DNA of 64,000 nt from Candidatus Krumholzibacteriota bacterium. GTDB lineage: Bacteria; Krumholzibacteriota; Krumholzibacteriia; JAJRXK01. The stretch covers positions 128,001-192,000 of the forward strand of contig CAVSGG010000005.1 in NCBI GenBank assembly GCA_963727455.1, read 5' to 3'. The position numbers and the translations under genes are program-made. The notes under the pieces were generated by a model that was not told the origin of the DNA, made no database searches, and saw only the letters and a list, made by a program, of their open reading frames with translations. Positions 39,545 to 49,990 of this stretch are shown one piece after another (position 1 is the stretch's first letter; every line of letters starts with the position of its first letter).

Positions 39545-40713
39545 ACACGGCCGCAGAGTCGCTGCCGAAGAACCTCAGGGTGGCCCTGGTTCACGACTGG
39601 CTCAACGGGTACCGTGGTGGCGAGAAAGTTCTTCACGCCCTGTGCAAGATTTTCCCCTGCGCTGAGCTCTTCACGCTCTTCTACCTGCCGGGCTCCAGTC
39701 ATCCGGAGATCGAAGCGCGGCCAATCCACGCTTCCTGGATGAATAGTCTGCCGGGGATTCAGACGCGGTACCGCTATCTCCTGCCTCTGTTTCCCGCCTG
39801 GATCGATCACCTCGATCTGCGTCGTTTCGACCTGGTCCTGAGCACGAGCCACTGTGTGGCCAAGGGCGCGATCGCGAGGCCGGACGCTGTCCACATTTGC
39901 TACTGTCACACACCGATGCGCTACGTCTGGGATCGTTTCGACGACTACTTCGGGGCCACGCGGGGACTCAAACGAAGACTCATCGAGTGGCAGGCCGCGA
40001 GATTACGCGAATGGGATCGGCGAAGCGCTCCGCGAGTGGATCATTACCTGGCGAATTCCACCTTCGTTCGCCAGCGCATCTTGCGCTATTACTCGGTCGA
40101 CCCGGGGAGTGTGGAAGTGCTGTTTCCTCCGGTCGATCTCGCTGCGTTCCCCGCTCCCTCGCCGAAGATCGAGAGGGAGGACCGCTACCTTGTCGTCTCG
40201 GCCCTGGTTCCCTACAAACGAATCCACGACGCAGTCGAGGCCTGCGCCCTGAGTCATCGCAAGCTCACCATCGCGGGCACCGGGCCCGAGCTGCCAAAAC
40301 TGAAGGCCCTGGCCGCGCAACATGGAGCGAAGGGCGGGATCCAATTCTTGGGATTCGTCCCGGACGAGGAACTGCCGACCCTCATGGCAAAGCATCGCGC
40401 GCTCCTCTTCCCGGGGGTGGAAGATTTCGGGATCACTCCTCTCGAGGCGGCCGCATCGGGTTTGCCCGTCTTGGCCCTGGGAGAGGGAGGAGCTCTGGAT
40501 ACGGTGATCGACGGAGTGACCGGCCGTCTCTATCGTGAGCCGGGCGCCGGCGCACTGCGCGCGGCCCTCGATGCTTTCGAAGCCGAAGGTCTTTCCTACG
40601 ACGCGGGGACCATGCGCCGTCACGCCGAGAAGTTCTCCAGGGAAGGATTCCTGGAACGCCTGGAGCAACGCGTGGCTTTCGCCTACCATCGGGGTCCCGT
40701 GCGAGGGGACTGA
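39541..40713 (+). CDS. Glycosyltransferase family 4
   Basis: VALVHDWL...GGEKV, YCHTPMRY, EDFGITPLEA. Confidence 0.92.
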   Translation: MNTAAESLPKNLRVALVHDWLNGYRGGEKVLHALCKIFPCAELFTLFYLPGSSHPEIEARPIHASWMNSLPGIQTRYRYLLPLFPAWIDHLDLRRFDLVLSTSHCVAKGAIARPDAVHICYCHTPMRYVWDRFDDYFGATRGLKRRLIEWQAARLREWDRRSAPRVDHYLANSTFVRQRILRYYSVDPGSVEVLFPPVDLAAFPAPSPKIEREDRYLVVSALVPYKRIHDAVEACALSHRKLTIAGTGPELPKLKALAAQHGAKGGIQFLGFVPDEELPTLMAKHRALLFPGVEDFGITPLEAAASGLPVLALGEGGALDTVIDGVTGRLYREPGAGALRAALDAFEAEGLSYDAGTMRRHAEKFSREGFLERLEQRVAFAYHRGPVRGD

Positions 40714-40721
40714 GGTGCCAC

Positions 40722-42095
40722 ATGCTCAAGACGGGAATCGGACGGAAACGAGACTTGCTCAGGCCGACGCTCTTCCTGCTCGGAGATCTCGTCGCCCTCG
40801 AGGCCGCATTCCTCTGCAGCTACCAACTCCGTTTTCAAAGTGGATGGTTCGCCGTACCCCTCGGAGTACCGCCGTTGGGTCCGTATCTGTTGACGAGTCT
40901 GGTCCTGCTCCTCATCTGGGTGGGCATCTTTTACTCTGAAGGTCTGTACGATCCCACTCGCCGCAGTTCGTTCGAAGAGGACCTCGCGGGCCTGGGCCGG
41001 GGGGTAGTGGTAGGCAGCCTGGTGGTCTTGGCTCTGGCCTTCTTTGTACGCCAGGTGAGCTACTCCCGCACGTTCTTCGGACTTTTCTTCTGGATGAGCC
41101 TGTTCTTCCTCATTTCGGAACGGCTCCTCATCCGCACCATTCTGCGGCGTTTGTACCGAAGGGGAGTGGGCACACTTCGTGTCTTGTTGGTGGGGAACAC
41201 CAGCATGGGAAAGAGAATCGAGGAGACCTACCAGCGCTTACCCGGCCTGGGATTTCGGATATCGGGCGCGATGGATCGACTGGAACCCGAGCGGGTCGAG
41301 GCCAAGATGCTCGAATTGAACGCCGACACGGTGGTGCTTGCGCTCTCTTTTGAGGATCTACGCGCGGCGGCCGACATCGCCGAGCGGCTGGGGGGCCATC
41401 ACGTCGATGTCTTCTTCGTGCCGGACATGGACCGTCTTCGCGTCAGTCGCATGCGACTCAATGAAATTGCGGGCATTCCCTTCATCAGTCTGCGCGGCTG
41501 TGGGCTTTCCGGAATGGACAGGATCATCAAACGCACATTCGACATTCTGTCCTCGTTCTTGGCTTTATTGCTGCTCTCACCCCTTTTGCTCCTGATCGCC
41601 ATCCTGGTGAAACTGAATTCGCGGGGACCCGTGTTGTACCGGCAGGAGAGGTTGGGGCGCGACAACCGGGCTTTCGCCATGCTCAAGTTCCGCACCATGA
41701 GGGTGGACGCCGAAACGGATTCCGGACCGGTCTGGACGGTGGAAAACGACCCGCGCCGGACCTGGACCGGGCGGGTGCTCAGGCGATTCAGTCTCGACGA
41801 GCTGCCCCAGCTGTGGAATGTTCTCAAGGGCGACATGAGCATGGTGGGCCCCCGGCCGGAACGTGCGCACTTCGCGGAGGAGTTCGACCGCAAGATTCCG
41901 CGCTATCTCGAACGGCACCGGGTGAGGAGTGGGCTCACGGGTTGGGCGCAGGTGAACGGCCTCCGCGGCAACACTCCGATCGAGGACCGGACACTCTACG
42001 ATTTGCACTATGTCGAAAACTGGTCACTGGGATTCGACCTCAGGGTCTTGCTGCGCACCGTGAAGAGCGTGATCAGGGGCGAGAACGCCTACTAG
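40722..42095 (+). CDS. Undecaprenyl-phosphate sugar-1-phosphate transferase (WcaJ/WbaP-like)
   Basis: KRTFDI, KFRTM, SLDELPQLWNVLKGDMSMVGPRP, GLTGWAQVNG. Confidence 0.93.
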   Translation: MLKTGIGRKRDLLRPTLFLLGDLVALEAAFLCSYQLRFQSGWFAVPLGVPPLGPYLLTSLVLLLIWVGIFYSEGLYDPTRRSSFEEDLAGLGRGVVVGSLVVLALAFFVRQVSYSRTFFGLFFWMSLFFLISERLLIRTILRRLYRRGVGTLRVLLVGNTSMGKRIEETYQRLPGLGFRISGAMDRLEPERVEAKMLELNADTVVLALSFEDLRAAADIAERLGGHHVDVFFVPDMDRLRVSRMRLNEIAGIPFISLRGCGLSGMDRIIKRTFDILSSFLALLLLSPLLLLIAILVKLNSRGPVLYRQERLGRDNRAFAMLKFRTMRVDAETDSGPVWTVENDPRRTWTGRVLRRFSLDELPQLWNVLKGDMSMVGPRPERAHFAEEFDRKIPRYLERHRVRSGLTGWAQVNGLRGNTPIEDRTLYDLHYVENWSLGFDLRVLLRTVKSVIRGENAY

Positions 42096-42099
42096 CGCG

Positions 42100-42996
42100 A
42101 TGGAGAAATCGACGATGATCACAGCACCACTCTTGCGCAGCATGCGACCCCACCAGTGGATCAAGAATCTCGTCGTCTTCGCCGCGCTGGTCTTCGCCGA
42201 ACTGATGGGGGAGACCGACTTGCTCCTGCGCACGGGAGTCGGCTTTCTCATCTTCTGCCTCCTCTCTTCCGCCGTCTATCTTCTCAACGATCTCAAAGAC
42301 AAAGAGAGTGACGCTCAGCATCCCACCAAACGTCTGCGGCCCCTGGTCGCCGGAGAGATTGCTTCCCGGACGGTGGCTCTGGCGGCGGTGGCGTTCCTCG
42401 CTCTGGGGCTCGTCAGTGCCTGGTGGCTCGGCCGCGGCTTTTTCTCGGTGGCGGTGGCGTACCTGCTTCTGAACCTGGCTTATGCACTGTCGTTTCGTAA
42501 CATCGTCATCCTCGACCTCATCACCATCGCGGTAGGATTCGTCATGCGCGCCATCGCCGGCGCCGAGCTATTGCGGGATGCCGGCCATCCGGTAGCCATC
42601 TCGCCGTGGCTCTTGATGTGCACCTTCCTTTTGTCTCTCTTTTTGGGTCTGGGAAAACGCTACCACGAACTTCACGTGGCGGGCGGTGGGCATCGAGTGA
42701 CCCTCCACGGCTACACCGAGGCTTTCCTCAGCCGCCTGCTCACCATGACCGCAGCCACCACCCTCCTGAGCTACGGGCTCTACACCATATGGCCCGACAC
42801 CGTCCAACGTTTCGGTACCGCGCGCCTGCTCTACACCATCCCCTTTGTCTTCTACGGCCTTAGCCGTTATCTCTATTTGGTCACCGAAGAGGCCGAAGGG
42901 GGAGATCCCTCCGAGACTCTGGTTTCGCGAAGGTCCATCGTTCTGACGGTTGCGCTGTGGTTTGCCGCGGTGATGTTCATTCTCTACCGGCATTGA
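42100..42996 (+). CDS. UbiA-family prenyltransferase, decaprenyl-phosphate phosphoribosyltransferase-like
   Basis: RPHQWIKN, YLLNDLKD...HPTKR.RP, SPWL, KR..E. Confidence 0.85.
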   Translation: MEKSTMITAPLLRSMRPHQWIKNLVVFAALVFAELMGETDLLLRTGVGFLIFCLLSSAVYLLNDLKDKESDAQHPTKRLRPLVAGEIASRTVALAAVAFLALGLVSAWWLGRGFFSVAVAYLLLNLAYALSFRNIVILDLITIAVGFVMRAIAGAELLRDAGHPVAISPWLLMCTFLLSLFLGLGKRYHELHVAGGGHRVTLHGYTEAFLSRLLTMTAATTLLSYGLYTIWPDTVQRFGTARLLYTIPFVFYGLSRYLYLVTEEAEGGDPSETLVSRRSIVLTVALWFAAVMFILYRH

Positions 42997-43032
42997 GCTC
43001 GCGCGCATCCTGCACCCGAGGAGTTCTCGCTC

Positions 43033-44094
43033 ATGGCTTGGAGCAAAGTGGCGGTGGTTTCAGCCACCCCCGAGACCATCCTGGAGGACTATTCCAGAGT
43101 ACTGGCCCTGGCCGGGCTGGCGGAGATCACCTCCCCCACGCATCCGCCCGCCATTCTCCTCGATCTGGTCTGGAACCGTTATCAGCCAGCGGCCGGCCCC
43201 CCTCCCTGGCAGCTGGAGGGGGTCCTCAGAGCCCTGCGCAATCTCCACTGCGACAGCGCGAAGATGGTGGTTGGATCGCGCGGCAGCTTCGAGGTCTCTC
43301 CCCGTCGGGCGGCGGATCACTACCAGCTGAGCGGGGTCCTGCGGCGGCACGGGCTTTCCTTGACCACCCTTCCCGGCAAAACATGGCCCTACCAGGCGCC
43401 GAAGCGCCGTGCAGCGCTCGAGTCGGCCGTCGATGGCACAATCGCAGCTCCGGTCGCCCTCAAGGACCGTGAGATCGTTTATCTGAGCAGCCTGAAGGCA
43501 CACGCAACTCTGGGGCTCTCGAGCGCAGTGTGGGCGGTGGCCTCGGAGTTTCTCGACCGCGACGATCTGCGGGGACGGCCGCGCGTGGCTGAAGTCCTCG
43601 CGGATGCCCTGCGGACCGCCCAGGAACTGCACCCCGAGCTCCTCTGTGTGATCGATGCAACCGTCTGTGGCTTGGGTCCAGGACCGCGCCGGCTGCGACC
43701 GAGCGTGCAGAACCTCCTCATCGCCTCGCGTGATCCCGTGGCGGCGGATGTGGTGGGCGCGCGGATTCTAGGACTCGATCCTCTGCGAGTCCCCTTCCTG
43801 GTGCGTTGCGCGCAGCAGGACCTTGGCGCCATTCTCAGCAGCGAAATCGAAATCGTGGGCGAGAGCTCACCAGCTCTCGATGAAACTCTGGAATCGTCAC
43901 ACGTGCAGGCGCCAAGCGGGCAGTTTCTTCGCCTGCCGGGAGGGGACCGTCTGCGCGGCTCACAGCGTCTCTTCCGCCGGGCTGCGCGTGATTTTCTCTG
44001 GTATCCCTCAGTCGGCCGGCACTGGCGAAGGCTCTGGCGTCGCACACCCTGGGGTCAGCTCTTCCACGAATACGCTCGGAGCGGAGGGCGCTGA
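43033..44094 (+). CDS. DUF362-domain protein (divergent)
   Basis: PWQLEGV, LKAH, G.GP, IASRDPVAAD...ILG.DP..VP. Confidence 0.65.
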   Translation: MAWSKVAVVSATPETILEDYSRVLALAGLAEITSPTHPPAILLDLVWNRYQPAAGPPPWQLEGVLRALRNLHCDSAKMVVGSRGSFEVSPRRAADHYQLSGVLRRHGLSLTTLPGKTWPYQAPKRRAALESAVDGTIAAPVALKDREIVYLSSLKAHATLGLSSAVWAVASEFLDRDDLRGRPRVAEVLADALRTAQELHPELLCVIDATVCGLGPGPRRLRPSVQNLLIASRDPVAADVVGARILGLDPLRVPFLVRCAQQDLGAILSSEIEIVGESSPALDETLESSHVQAPSGQFLRLPGGDRLRGSQRLFRRAARDFLWYPSVGRHWRRLWRRTPWGQLFHEYARSGGR

Positions 44095-44975
44095 TGGGAC
44101 TGACGGCCAAGGCCCACGCCAAGGTCAACTTGCACTTGGAGGTCCTCGCAAAACGGGAGGATGGCTACCACGAAGTGGAGACTTTGCTACAGTCTCTCGA
44201 GCTCCACGACACACTCGAATTCCGGTCCACCAAGGGTCCCCTTCACGTTCTTTGCGAGCATCCTTCGGTTCCGCAGGACCGACGCAATCTTTGCCACCTC
44301 GCAGCGCGGCTGCTTCGCAAGCATCTGCAGGTGAAGGCCGGCGCAACGATTCGCATCCACAAGGAAATCCCGGTGGCAGCGGGACTGGGAGGCGGTTCGG
44401 CCGACGCGGCAGCAACTCTTTTGGCTTTGTGCGAGTTGTGGGAGCGGGAAGTCGAGGAGGAGGAGCTCGTCGATCTGGCGCGCCGCATCGGATCGGACGT
44501 ACCCTTCTTTCTGCGCGGCGGAACGCAGTTGGCGCGTGGGGTCGGCGACGAACTGACCCCGCTGCATTCCTCTGGTGGAGGCGTCTATTTGTTGATTACT
44601 CCGCACCTGGAGCTCTCCACCGCCCAAGTGTATGAAGGACTCAGAATGGGGTTGACCCATCATGGGCCCAAAGTTAACCTGCAAAATTATAAGAGCTTGC
44701 TGTCGCGATTTCCCGACCGCACCTGGCCTGGATTCAATCGTTTGGCCGATGTGGTTCTGCCGGCGTACCCAGCTCTGCATCGTTTGTATCTGCGTCTTCA
44801 GGACACGGAACCGAGGCTGGCGATGATGAGCGGTAGCGGGCCCAGTCTCTTCGCGGTCTACTCGACGCGCGAAGAAGCGGAGAGAGCCAAACAGGAACTT
44901 GGCGATCTCGAAGGGTTCAACTGGATCGGTAGCTCCAGTCAGGTTGGAGTCCAACTCATCAAGGATGGGAACTAG
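44094..44975 (+). CDS. ispE: 4-diphosphocytidyl-2-C-methyl-D-erythritol kinase
   Basis: AKVNLHL, DGYHE, IPVAAGLGGGSADAA, GSDVPFF, MSGSG. Confidence 0.95.
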   Translation: MGLTAKAHAKVNLHLEVLAKREDGYHEVETLLQSLELHDTLEFRSTKGPLHVLCEHPSVPQDRRNLCHLAARLLRKHLQVKAGATIRIHKEIPVAAGLGGGSADAAATLLALCELWEREVEEEELVDLARRIGSDVPFFLRGGTQLARGVGDELTPLHSSGGGVYLLITPHLELSTAQVYEGLRMGLTHHGPKVNLQNYKSLLSRFPDRTWPGFNRLADVVLPAYPALHRLYLRLQDTEPRLAMMSGSGPSLFAVYSTREEAERAKQELGDLEGFNWIGSSSQVGVQLIKDGN

Positions 44976-45028
44976 ACCGCCCACGTTTCAGTTTTGTCCC
45001 AGACACCCCTGCTGATGGTGGTACGGCT

Positions 45029-45352
45029 TTGGAGATCACTGAAATCAGAATCACGCTCCGCGACGATGACAAGCTGAGGGCTTTCGCAAGCATCACACTC
45101 GAGGATTCCCTGGTGATCCGAGGCCTCAAGGTCATCGAAGGCGCAAACGGAATGTTCGTGGCCATGCCCAGCCGGCAACGTAAGGACGGGTCCTACCAGG
45201 ACGTTGCCCATCCCATCAATCGCGAGACGCGCGAGTGGTTGGAGAACATGGTCATCGGTGCTTACCAGGAAGAAATCGCCCGAGTCGATCACGCACAGCC
45301 AAACACCGACTTCAATGCTGGCGAGGGGCTCGCCGCGGAGGATGCCTACTAG
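45029..45352 (+). CDS. spoVG: SpoVG nucleic-acid-binding protein
   Basis: EITEIRI, LRAFASIT, FVAMPSR, D.AHPIN; TTG start. Confidence 0.92.
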   Translation: MEITEIRITLRDDDKLRAFASITLEDSLVIRGLKVIEGANGMFVAMPSRQRKDGSYQDVAHPINRETREWLENMVIGAYQEEIARVDHAQPNTDFNAGEGLAAEDAY

Positions 45353-45376
45353 GGGTCTTGGGAGGCTACGGGGTTC

Positions 45377-46315
45377 ATGGGCCGAAGATTGAGAGTCATC
45401 TCCGGGCGAGGCGATGTCGCCCTCGCGGAGAAAATCTGTCAGTACCTCGATGTCTCCCTCACCGAAGTCAACATCATCGATTTCAGCGATGGTGAGATCT
45501 CCGTCAAGATCCAGGAGAACGTTCGCGGAACCGACGTTTTCTTGATCCAGCCCACCAATCCTCCCGCGGGAAACTTGGTGGAACTCCTGCTTCTTCTCGA
45601 CGCGGTTCGTCGCTCCTCCGCACAGCGGATCACCGCAGTCATCCCCTACTTCGGTTACGCCAGGCAAGATCGCAAAGATCAGCCCCGTGTCCCCATCGCG
45701 GCCAAGTTGATGGCGAATTTGATCAGCGAGGCCGGTGCGCAGCGAGTCCTCACCATGGATCTGCACGCACCCCAGATCCAGGGCTTCTTCGACATTCCAC
45801 TGGACCATCTCTACGCGGCGCCGGTGCTTCTGGACTACTTCCAAGAAAGGGTCGGGGAGGAGAACCTCTGCGTGGTCGCTCCGGATGTGGGAAGCATCAA
45901 GATGGCTCGCGCCTTTGCCAAGCGTCTCGGAGCTCCGCTGGCCATCATCGACAAGCGCAGGCCGCGTCCCAACGAGGCGGAGGTCATGAATTTCATCGGG
46001 AACGTTCGCGGAAAGAACGTGGTGCTTTTCGATGACATGATCGACACCGCCGGCACCATGAGCGATGCGATTCGTGAATTGCAGAAGCAGGGAGCGCTGA
46101 GTATCGACATCTGCGCCACCCACGCACTCTTTTCCGGTCCGGCGTTGGAGCGGCTCAACGAGGCCCCGGTTCGCGAAGTGGTGGTCACCAACACCATCGC
46201 CTTCCATCGCCAATCCGAGTGCCCCAAGGTCGTGGTCCTGGACATCTCCCCGCTTCTGGCCGAGGCCATCAAACGTATCCATCTCGAACAGACCGTATCG
46301 AGCCTCTTCGTCTAG
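45377..46315 (+). CDS. prs: Ribose-phosphate pyrophosphokinase
   Basis: FSDGE, PYFGYARQDR, DLHAPQIQGFF, DDMIDTAGT. Confidence 0.97.
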   Translation: MGRRLRVISGRGDVALAEKICQYLDVSLTEVNIIDFSDGEISVKIQENVRGTDVFLIQPTNPPAGNLVELLLLLDAVRRSSAQRITAVIPYFGYARQDRKDQPRVPIAAKLMANLISEAGAQRVLTMDLHAPQIQGFFDIPLDHLYAAPVLLDYFQERVGEENLCVVAPDVGSIKMARAFAKRLGAPLAIIDKRRPRPNEAEVMNFIGNVRGKNVVLFDDMIDTAGTMSDAIRELQKQGALSIDICATHALFSGPALERLNEAPVREVVVTNTIAFHRQSECPKVVVLDISPLLAEAIKRIHLEQTVSSLFV

Positions 46316-46567
46316 CGAAGAAAAAGAGTAAATCGCCATACTCTGCGACTCTCCTCCCCAGCCACTTCGCACTACCCAAAAGCCATCCTTCTGACTATAC
46401 TTTTTTGCCTTGTTGCCCCTGGGGCACGAGGAGACTCCCGGCATCCCGCGCCGAGGGTTCGCCGACCGCCTGAGGCGGCGGTTTCCGATCGGTACCATGA
46501 TTCCAGCTCGAAGAGCGCGGAATCCGCGTGGGTGGCGTCCCACGCGACCTTGAGGAGGATTCATTTC

Positions 46568-47257
46568 ATGTCCAACACCATCGAATTGAGCGTGCAAGCT
46601 CGTCCAAAGACTGGCAAGGGCGTCGCGCGCAAATTGCGCGCGCAAGCTCAGCTTCCCGCGGTGCTCTACGGTCTGGGTACGCAGTCCCGTGCCCTGGCCC
46701 TCGATGCCACCCAATTCCGCCATGCCATTTCCTCCGATTACGGTCGCCGCGTGCTTCTTTGCCTCAAGTTCGAGGGAGAAAAGGAAGTCACGTATGCCAT
46801 CGTCAAGGACATCCAGAGGCATCCGCTGAGCCGCGAGTTGCTGCATGCGGACCTACTTGCGGTCGAAAAGGATCGCCCGATCGTGGTGCGTGTCCCGCTC
46901 CGTCAAAAGGAGGGAATTCCCTTCGGCGTGAAGAACGAGAATGGAGTTCTGGAGTGGATGCACCGGGAAGTGCTGCTGCGCGTCTTGCCCGAGAAGATCC
47001 CGGCCGCGATCGAGGTCGACGTCGTTCCGCTCAAGCTCGGAGAGCATATCAGCGCCGAGCAAGCGGTCGGGAGCGAATTCGAGTTGGAGACCCCCGGCGA
47101 TACGGCACTGTGCCACGTGGTTGCCACTCGCATGAGCGTGGAAGTTGCCGAAGCTGAAGGCGCCGAGGGCGAGGAAGGCGCCGAGGGCGAGGCCGAGACC
47201 GAAGGCGAAGAGGGCGAGGAGAAGGCGTCTGAAGACGGCAAGAAGTCGCAGGACTGA
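46568..47257 (+). CDS. rplY: 50S ribosomal protein bL25 (long Ctc type)
   Basis: GKG.ARKLR...PAVLYG, Q.HP...LHAD, acidic tail; GAGGAGG RBS. Confidence 0.93.
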   Translation: MSNTIELSVQARPKTGKGVARKLRAQAQLPAVLYGLGTQSRALALDATQFRHAISSDYGRRVLLCLKFEGEKEVTYAIVKDIQRHPLSRELLHADLLAVEKDRPIVVRVPLRQKEGIPFGVKNENGVLEWMHREVLLRVLPEKIPAAIEVDVVPLKLGEHISAEQAVGSEFELETPGDTALCHVVATRMSVEVAEAEGAEGEEGAEGEAETEGEEGEEKASEDGKKSQD

Positions 47258-47259
47258 GC

Positions 47260-47844
47260 GTGACGGAATCGGTGGAAGTCGGAGAGTGGTTACTCTTCTG
47301 CTTGGGGAATCCCGGTGGCCGTTACGAACGAACCCGGCACAATCTGGGCTGGCTCTTGGCGGACCTCTTGTCGCGACGGCATCGCCTCTCCTTCCGAGCG
47401 GGACGAGCCGAGTATTTTCACGCAGAGTACTCGCTTCAGGGGCGCCGGATCCGAGTGATCAAGCCCACGACCTTCATGAATCTGAGTGGCCGCGCAGTAC
47501 GCCAATATCTGGCGATCGAGAAGCCGCAGGATTTTGAGATGATGGTTGCCGTCGACGACGTGAATCTCCCTTTGGGCCGCTTACGGCTGCGTCCAGAAGG
47601 GAGCGCGGGAGGACACAACGGCTTGAAGTCGATCATCGAGAAGCTGGGAAGGCAGGATTTCCCACGCCTGCGCATGGGGGTGGGCCCGGGCCCCAGCGGA
47701 GAAGACCTCGCGGATTACGTCCTCGAGAACTTCGCGGAAGACGAGTGGGAAGCCGTCGACGCTTTGCTGACGAGGGCGGCGGATGGCTTCGAACACTGGG
47801 TCCTTCACGGTCCCAAGTTGACCATGGCTCGCTTCAATGGCTGA
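47260..47844 (+). CDS. pth: Peptidyl-tRNA hydrolase
   Basis: LGNPG.Y..TRHN.G, KP.TFMNLSG, GSAGGHNGLKS. Confidence 0.95.
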   Translation: MTESVEVGEWLLFCLGNPGGRYERTRHNLGWLLADLLSRRHRLSFRAGRAEYFHAEYSLQGRRIRVIKPTTFMNLSGRAVRQYLAIEKPQDFEMMVAVDDVNLPLGRLRLRPEGSAGGHNGLKSIIEKLGRQDFPRLRMGVGPGPSGEDLADYVLENFAEDEWEAVDALLTRAADGFEHWVLHGPKLTMARFNG

Positions 47845-47923
47845 GTGCGTCGGCCATGGAGCGGAAAACGGCGTTTCCCGTTCCCGACGGGAACTGGATC
47901 AACGGATGGAGGATGAATAGTCC

Positions 47924-49969
47924 ATGAACATGACGCTTGCAGCCGCGGCGCTCGCGGCCGTCCTGGCACTGATTTTCGCTCTGATCAAGTACGGAGCGAT
48001 CATGCGGCGCGACAGCGGTACCGATCGGATGCAGGAGATCTCGCGGCAAGTCCAGGAGGGTGCGGCTTCATTTCTCAAAGCCGAATACCGGTGGCTCGTG
48101 GTCTTCGTCATCGTCGTTTTCGGCGCCATATTCTTCTCCTCCTCAGAGAACGGCCTAGGTCCCAAGACCGCGATCGCGTTTCTTTCGGGAGCCTTTGCCT
48201 CGGCGTTGGCCGGCTATTTCGGCATGCACACTGCGACTCGCGCTGCGGTTCGCACGACCCAGGCTGCACGCAACAGCTTGACCTCCGCTCTGAAGATCAG
48301 CTTCTCCTCCGGAGTAGTCATGGGCATGAGCGTGGTCGGACTGGCTGTCTTGGGACTCAGCATCTTTACGCTCGCGTTTTCCCATGGCGGTGTTTTCGAT
48401 TCGAAGGTGTTGGAGAACGTTCTGGGCTTCAGCTTTGGAGCTTCCAGTATCGCTCTCTTCGCTCGCGTGGGGGGCGGCATCTTCACCAAGGCAGCCGACG
48501 TCGGTGCCGATCTGGTGGGGAAGATCGAGGCCGGAATCCCCGAAGACGATCCACGCAATCCGGGAACTATCGCCGACAACGTCGGTGACAACGTTGGTGA
48601 CGTCGCGGGAATGGGCGCGGACCTCTTCGAGTCTTTCGTGGGTTCGATCGTAGCTGCCATGACCCTTGGAGCCTTTCTGTTTTCGGCAAACACCGCCATG
48701 GTGCTCTTGCCCTTGATCACGGCCGGAGTCGGAATCATCGCCTCCATTCTGGGAACTTTCTTCGTTTCGGCGAGGGATGAGAAAGGACTGCACGGAGCGC
48801 TCTTCCGCGGGCTCTTAGTCGCGACGATCCTCGTCATCGTAGTGGAGTGGTTCGCCATTGGCCGGCTGAGCCTTCCGGCGGGTATGGTGGCGTGGAAACT
48901 CTGGGGTGCCATCGTGGCTGGTCTCATCGTCGGCGTCGCCATCGGGAAGATCACCGAGTATTACACGAGCACCGAGACCAATCCGGCACGCGGCATCGCC
49001 AAGCAGAGTCAGACGGGCGCGGCGACCAACATCATCGCCGGTCTGGCCGTCGGCATGGAGTCAGTGGCTCTGCCGGTTGCGTTCATCTGCGTGGGAATCT
49101 TCGTCTCCTTCAACCTCGCCGGTGTTTACGGAGTTGCGCTGGCGGCGGTGGGGATGCTCTCGACCCTGGGGATCTCGCTGGGCATCGATGCCTACGGCCC
49201 TGTCGCGGACAATGCAGGTGGCTTGGCCGAAATGGCTGAGTTGCCCGAAGAGGTGCGCAATCGCACCGATGCTCTCGACGCGGTGGGCAACACTACCGCG
49301 GCAATCGGCAAGGGCTTCGCGATCGGCTCCGCCGCGCTCACCGCGTTGGCCCTGTTCAACGCCTTTTGCACTCGCGCCGGCATGCTGCAGGGTTTGCCCG
49401 CGGGAAAGGCGCAGGTTCTGGACATCAACAGCACCGACGTGATTCTCGGCCTGCTCATCGGCGGCTTCTTGCCCTTCCTCTTCAGCGCGTTGACCATGCG
49501 CGCGGTGGGACAGGCGGCCAATAAGATGGTGGAAGAAATTCGTCGTCAGTTCCGGGAGATCCCCGGGCTCATGGAGGGCACCGGAAAGCCCGACGCGGCC
49601 CGCTGCGTCGCGATTTCCACCGCCGGCTCGCTGAGGCAGATGGTTTTGCCAGGCCTCATGGCCATCGCCGCCCCCCTGCTGGTGGGATTTTGGAGCATCG
49701 AGGCGCTGGGAGGACTCCTGGCGGGAGCCCTGGTTAGCGGTGTGATGATGGCCATCTTCATGGCCAATGCCGGAGGAGCCTGGGACAACGCCAAGAAATA
49801 CATCGAGGGCGGAGAGTACGGAGGAAAGGGCTCCGAAGCGCATCGCGCCGCCGTGGTTGGTGACACGGTGGGAGATCCTTTCAAAGACACATCGGGCCCC
49901 TCGTTGAACATTCTCATCAAGTTGATGACCGTGGTGGCATTGGTTTTCTTGCCCTGGTTCATCGGCTGA
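47924..49969 (+). CDS. hppA: Membrane-bound cation-translocating pyrophosphatase (K+-dependent type)
   Basis: [45 protein letters not shown]. Confidence 0.96.
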   Translation: MNMTLAAAALAAVLALIFALIKYGAIMRRDSGTDRMQEISRQVQEGAASFLKAEYRWLVVFVIVVFGAIFFSSSENGLGPKTAIAFLSGAFASALAGYFGMHTATRAAVRTTQAARNSLTSALKISFSSGVVMGMSVVGLAVLGLSIFTLAFSHGGVFDSKVLENVLGFSFGASSIALFARVGGGIFTKAADVGADLVGKIEAGIPEDDPRNPGTIADNVGDNVGDVAGMGADLFESFVGSIVAAMTLGAFLFSANTAMVLLPLITAGVGIIASILGTFFVSARDEKGLHGALFRGLLVATILVIVVEWFAIGRLSLPAGMVAWKLWGAIVAGLIVGVAIGKITEYYTSTETNPARGIAKQSQTGAATNIIAGLAVGMESVALPVAFICVGIFVSFNLAGVYGVALAAVGMLSTLGISLGIDAYGPVADNAGGLAEMAELPEEVRNRTDALDAVGNTTAAIGKGFAIGSAALTALALFNAFCTRAGMLQGLPAGKAQVLDINSTDVILGLLIGGFLPFLFSALTMRAVGQAANKMVEEIRRQFREIPGLMEGTGKPDAARCVAISTAGSLRQMVLPGLMAIAAPLLVGFWSIEALGGLLAGALVSGVMMAIFMANAGGAWDNAKKYIEGGEYGGKGSEAHRAAVVGDTVGDPFKDTSGPSLNILIKLMTVVALVFLPWFIG

Positions 49970-49990
49970 TCTCAGTACACGGGGCCGTTC

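Noticed and set aside
44972-46846. 624-aa minus-strand ORF
   Set aside because: Antisense shadow of spoVG-prs-rplY caused by GC-rich codon bias; no recognisable domain.
47156-47220. Short tandem GAAGGCGCCGAGGGCGAG repeats
   Set aside because: Encode the ordinary acidic Glu/Gly/Ala tail of bL25; not CRISPR or a mobile repeat.
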